Below, one piece after another: positions 60,884-64,000 of a stretch of 64,000 bases of DNA. The first letter of the stretch is position 1, and each line of letters opens with the position of its first letter. The notes under the pieces are model-generated. The model ran no database searches. It was not told the origin of the DNA and worked only from the letters and a program-made list of their open reading frames with translations. Source of the DNA: Thermoplasmata archaeon (GTDB lineage Archaea; Thermoplasmatota; Thermoplasmata; Lutacidiplasmatales; UBA184); assembly GCA_022750375.1 (NCBI GenBank), contig JAKIVU010000002.1, positions 38,946 through 102,945 on the forward strand, read 5' to 3'. The position numbers and the translations under genes are program-made.

Positions 60884-63287
60884 CGTGGGACGACTCCTTC
60901 GCGGCGAGCGCGCTCTTCAGTCGCTCGAAATCGACCGCGATATCGGGCCGGAGCGTCGGGAGGTGCTGCCGCTCCAGCTCGGCGACGCGCCGCCGAGCAC
61001 TCGAGCGGTCCCCGCGCGCGTACGAAAGTTGGGCGAGCCGCAGCACCACGTCGACCTCGTCGGCGGGGGCCTTCAGCTCACGGACGATCCGGTAGGCGTC
61101 GAGCAGGTCGGCCTCGGCGCGGTCGTACTCGCCGCGGTCGAGTCCGATCTTCCCCTGGATGATCAACGATTGCACGAGCCCGAAGCGGTCACCGATCCGT
61201 TCGAGGATCTCGCGCGACCGCTGGTTCCGCGCGGTCGCCTCGTCGAGACGGCCCGCCATGCGGAGGATGTCGGCGATGTTGAACAGCGACCACCCGAGCC
61301 GGCGGACGTCGTGCGCTTTCTCTGCAAGACGGATCGCCTCCTCGAACTCGGCGAGCGCCTCGGTGTATCGGGGCTTCGCTCCCCCGTAGCCGGCGATCAG
61401 CACGCCGAGGAACAGGTGGGCATGGGCGGCCTCCCGTGCGTCGCCGAGGCTCTCCAGCGTGCGCGCGGCCTCCCGCGCCTCGGTGAACGCCCCGTCCGAG
61501 CGGCCCATCATCGCGAGCACGTTCGCCCGCCAGATCCGAGCGGAGGCGGTCGTGCGTTCGTCCTTCAGCTCCTGGGCCAGGCGCAGGAGCTCGTCGTCCT
61601 CGGCGAGCGCCTCCTCGTACCGGCCCATGTAGTAGAGCGCCTCGCCGAGCAGGCGGCGGCCGTTCATCTGGGTCCGGGGCTGACCCGCGAGGTCGACGGA
61701 GTCGAGCACGGTCCGGCTCGTCTTCTCCGCCTCCCGCCACTCACCCTGGTCGGTCAGGATCCGGGCGAGGTAGAGGTCGAGGAGCGCGAGCACGTGCGGC
61801 GAGAGCCGGCGGCGGAGCCCGCGGCGCGCGCGGTGCTCGCGCAGCAACGTCTCGGCCTGCTTTAACTCCCCTTGATGGTCGATCTGTCGCGCGAGCTCGA
61901 TGACGATCTCCGTCTCCCCGTCCCAGTCGTCCGAGCGGAGGCGGCGGTGGCTCTCGAGCGCGCGTTCGAGGTGCTCGCGGGCGACCTCGGGGGAGAACGA
62001 CCGGACCGCGACATCGGCGGCCTCCCGGTTGTACTGGATCGATTTCTCGTCGACCTTGCCGAGGTAGAAGTGGCGGGCGAGCGCGTAGATCGTCGTCAGG
62101 TCCGAGCTGCCGCCGGCCTCGAGGGCCTCGGCGGCGTGACGGTGGAGCAGCCGACGCCGGCTCTCGGTGAGATGGTCGTAGACCTCCGTCCGGACGCGAT
62201 CGTCCGGGAACGCGAGCAGTTCGCCGGGCCGCTCGAACAGGAGCCCGCGTCCGACCAGGCGGTCGAGCGCCTCGGTCAGCCGTTCCTCCTCCTCCCCGCT
62301 CGCGCGCAGGAGCAACGAGAACGGGAACTCGGAGCCGAGGACCGCCGCGACCGCGACGACCCGTTGCTCCTCGGGGTCGAGCGAGGGGAGCGCCTGGACC
62401 CCGTCGCGCGACGACGGTCCCGACCGTCCGGCGGCGAGCGCGTCCCCCGACCCGAGCAGCCGCCGTTCGAACTGTTCGAGCAGGAGCGGGTTCCCTCCCG
62501 TCTCCGAATGCCGTCGGGCGATCTCCTCCGACGAGAACACGCGGCCCGGGTCGCGTCGGTGTAGGAACTCTGCGACCTCGTTCGAGGTGAGCGGGCGGAG
62601 GAGGATCCGACCGGCATGGGTCGACGCTTCGAGACCCTCCAGGCGGGCACGACGCGCCTCGGTCAGCCCCGGGTAGGGCCGTACCGTGGCGAGGATCCAG
62701 AGCGGCCGGTTCTGCAGCTGACGGGCGAGCTGCTCGATCGCTTCGAGCGACGGTTCGTCCGCCCGGTGGAGGTCTTCGAGCACCAGCACGGTGGGGCCCC
62801 GTTGCGTGAACGCGAGGAACTGCTCCGCGATGCCGGTCCACAACGGGTCGCGGATCGCATCGCCGCGGTCGTCCGCTTCCCCCAGCGCTTCGAGGAGCCG
62901 CTCTTCGATGCGGACCGGCGACGAACGCGCGGCGTCGTCCATGCGAGGGGCGAACCCGATCAGGAATCCTTCCGGACCCGGCGCGCCGGGCACGACGGGG
63001 TCTCCTTGATCCCCCGACGACCGGCCGCTCTCGAGCGCCGACCGGATGAGCGCGAACGGTGGGGGGGCGTCCAACGGCGGGGCGCGGCCTTCGAGGACGC
63101 GGATCCCCCGCGAACGGATGTCCCCGACGAGCCCGTCCACGAGGATCGACTTCCCGACTCCCGTGTCCCCCACGAGGAAGGTGACGCCCCCGTGTCCCGC
63201 CCGTGCGTCCTCGAACCGGCGGTGGAGCGCCTCTACGGCCTCCACGCGTCCGACGAACGGTCGGCCGTTCCCGGCTTCGGCCGCCAT
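60867..63287 (-). CDS. STAND/AAA_16-type P-loop NTPase fused to a long TPR array
   Basis: FVGRVEAVEAL..GVTFLVGDTGVGKSIL (Walker A) and TVLVLEDLHRADEPSLEAIEQL (Walker B). At least six TPR-like units follow (ALARHFYLGK.., LGEALYYMGRYEEALAEDDE.., AHAHLFLGVLIAGYG.., LGWSLFNIADILRMAGRLDEA..). No DNA-binding or effector domain is seen. Confidence 0.8.
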   Translation of the reverse strand: MAAEAGNGRPFVGRVEAVEALHRRFEDARAGHGGVTFLVGDTGVGKSILVDGLVGDIRSRGIRVLEGRAPPLDAPPPFALIRSALESGRSSGDQGDPVVPGAPGPEGFLIGFAPRMDDAARSSPVRIEERLLEALGEADDRGDAIRDPLWTGIAEQFLAFTQRGPTVLVLEDLHRADEPSLEAIEQLARQLQNRPLWILATVRPYPGLTEARRARLEGLEASTHAGRILLRPLTSNEVAEFLHRRDPGRVFSSEEIARRHSETGGNPLLLEQFERRLLGSGDALAAGRSGPSSRDGVQALPSLDPEEQRVVAVAAVLGSEFPFSLLLRASGEEEERLTEALDRLVGRGLLFERPGELLAFPDDRVRTEVYDHLTESRRRLLHRHAAEALEAGGSSDLTTIYALARHFYLGKVDEKSIQYNREAADVAVRSFSPEVAREHLERALESHRRLRSDDWDGETEIVIELARQIDHQGELKQAETLLREHRARRGLRRRLSPHVLALLDLYLARILTDQGEWREAEKTSRTVLDSVDLAGQPRTQMNGRRLLGEALYYMGRYEEALAEDDELLRLAQELKDERTTASARIWRANVLAMMGRSDGAFTEAREAARTLESLGDAREAAHAHLFLGVLIAGYGGAKPRYTEALAEFEEAIRLAEKAHDVRRLGWSLFNIADILRMAGRLDEATARNQRSREILERIGDRFGLVQSLIIQGKIGLDRGEYDRAEADLLDAYRIVRELKAPADEVDVVLRLAQLSYARGDRSSARRRVAELERQHLPTLRPDIAVDFERLKSALAAKESSHDAPSR

Positions 63288-63318
63288 GTGGTTGGTTCGT
63301 ATGGGGCGGGTGGGCTAT

Positions 63319-64000
63319 TTACACTCGCGGCCGAGAGGCTTTGACGAACGGAAGGGCGACCACGCGCGCCGGAACCTCCTGGCCCCGGATCTCGAGCGAC
63401 ACGACCGTGTCGGGACGCGCGGTCTCGCGGGGAAGGTAGGCGAGGGCGATCCCGTGACCGAGGATCGGGGAGAGTCCTCCGCTCGTGACTTCCGTGATCG
63501 TTTTCCCGTCCACGCGGACCGGTGTCCCGTGTCGGGGGATCGCTCCTTCGGTCGTGAGCACGATCCCGACGAGTCGGACGGGCGGGCCCTCCGCGACCTC
63601 CTTCTCGAGCGGCGGCCGACCCACGAACGGATGGTCGAACGACACGAACCGGTCCTGCCCGGCCTCGATCGGCGTCCGGTCCCGGTGGAAGTCCTGGCCC
63701 GACAGCAGGTACCCCTTCTCGAGCCGTAGCGTGTCCCGCGCACCGAGTCCGACCGGCACCGCGCCGGCCCCCACGAGGCGCTCGGCGAGCGCGTCGGCGA
63801 CCTCCGCGCGGACGAGGAGTTCGTAGCCGAGCTCTCCGGTGTATCCCGTTCGGCTCACGAGCGTCGCCCCGTCAAGACCGGCGGGGATCGAGACGCCGAC
63901 ATGACCCGAGCGTTCGGCTCCCGCCCCGTCGAGCGGGAAGCGGCGGGCGTGGTAGAACGGCATCGCAGCGAGGTCCCAACCGAAGGTGCTTTCGAGGAGG
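63319..64000 (-). CDS. gcvT: Glycine cleavage system T protein (aminomethyltransferase), C-terminal part; the gene continues past the window end
   Basis: VSRTGYTGELGYELLV, GLGARDTLRLEKGY, and VTSGGLSPILGHGIALAYL. The reading frame stays open upstream of the listed Met to position 64000. Confidence 0.9.
   Translation of the reverse strand, partial: LLESTFGWDLAAMPFYHARRFPLDGAGAERSGHVGVSIPAGLDGATLVSRTGYTGELGYELLVRAEVADALAERLVGAGAVPVGLGARDTLRLEKGYLLSGQDFHRDRTPIEAGQDRFVSFDHPFVGRPPLEKEVAEGPPVRLVGIVLTTEGAIPRHGTPVRVDGKTITEVTSGGLSPILGHGIALAYLPRETARPDTVVSLEIRGQEVPARVVALPFVKASRPRV

Noticed and set aside
1-64000. Search for tRNA, rRNA, CRISPR arrays, IS elements, integrases and prophage or casposon signatures
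   Set aside because: None of the intergenic gaps of about 100-350 nt shows T-loop or acceptor-stem features or repeat-spacer periodicity. No transposase, integrase or Cas1-like translations and no terminal inverted repeats were seen. The PolB has a chromosomal-type N-terminus and no Cas1 or TIR context, so a casposon or protein-primed element is unlikely. A tRNAscan or Infernal run would be the definitive check.

Overview
High-GC archaeal chromosomal segment, roughly two-thirds G+C by eye and not computed. Archaeal hallmarks are an A1Ao ATP synthase gene set, ribosomal proteins S15 and L37e, an Sm protein, archaeal-type TrpRS, a family-B DNA polymerase and a RecJ/GAN-like DHH protein. GyrA, VKOR and the non-acidic proteins suggest a non-halophilic euryarchaeon, possibly Thermoplasmatota-like; that lineage call is inference only. 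About 65 protein genes are tightly packed, many joined by 4-nt ATGA/GTGA start-stop overlaps. Housekeeping genes include carAB, trpS, gyrA, folP, nrdJ, nadAC, rnz, gcvT (partial) and the ATP synthase. DNA-transaction genes are unusually dense: Mpg glycosylase, PolX-PHP, a degenerate PolB, SSB, RecJ-like, a DUF2400 HhH/FeS protein and an orphan methyltransferase. I found no rRNA, tRNA, CRISPR array, transposase or integrase. Most long Arg/Pro/Gly-rich ORFs in the six-frame track are alternative-frame artefacts of the high GC content. Several true genes start well inside their listed ORF, and three plausible genes fall below the 60-aa cutoff: L37e, a zinc ribbon and a 41-aa membrane peptide. The most interesting locus is 28964-32387. 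There a PolB with degenerate Exo I, motif B and motif C is translationally coupled to a small helical protein and a RecA-fold protein lacking the Walker A lysine. This trio heads an eight-gene co-directional cluster that ends in a DNA glycosylase. It may be an archaeal damage-tolerance module loosely analogous to bacterial ImuA/ImuB/DnaE2; that is inference and untested. Other loci worth a second look:
- a VKOR plus DUF929 thioredoxin-like pair
- a rearranged ATP synthase locus with an unannotated mini-ORF
- paralogous winged-helix-like genes flanking an MBL hydrolase
- a lysine-rich tandem-repeat mini-protein with its own promoter and terminator
- an orphan wHTH-methyltransferase
- a HEAT-GNAT-GT-like-aminopeptidase cassette
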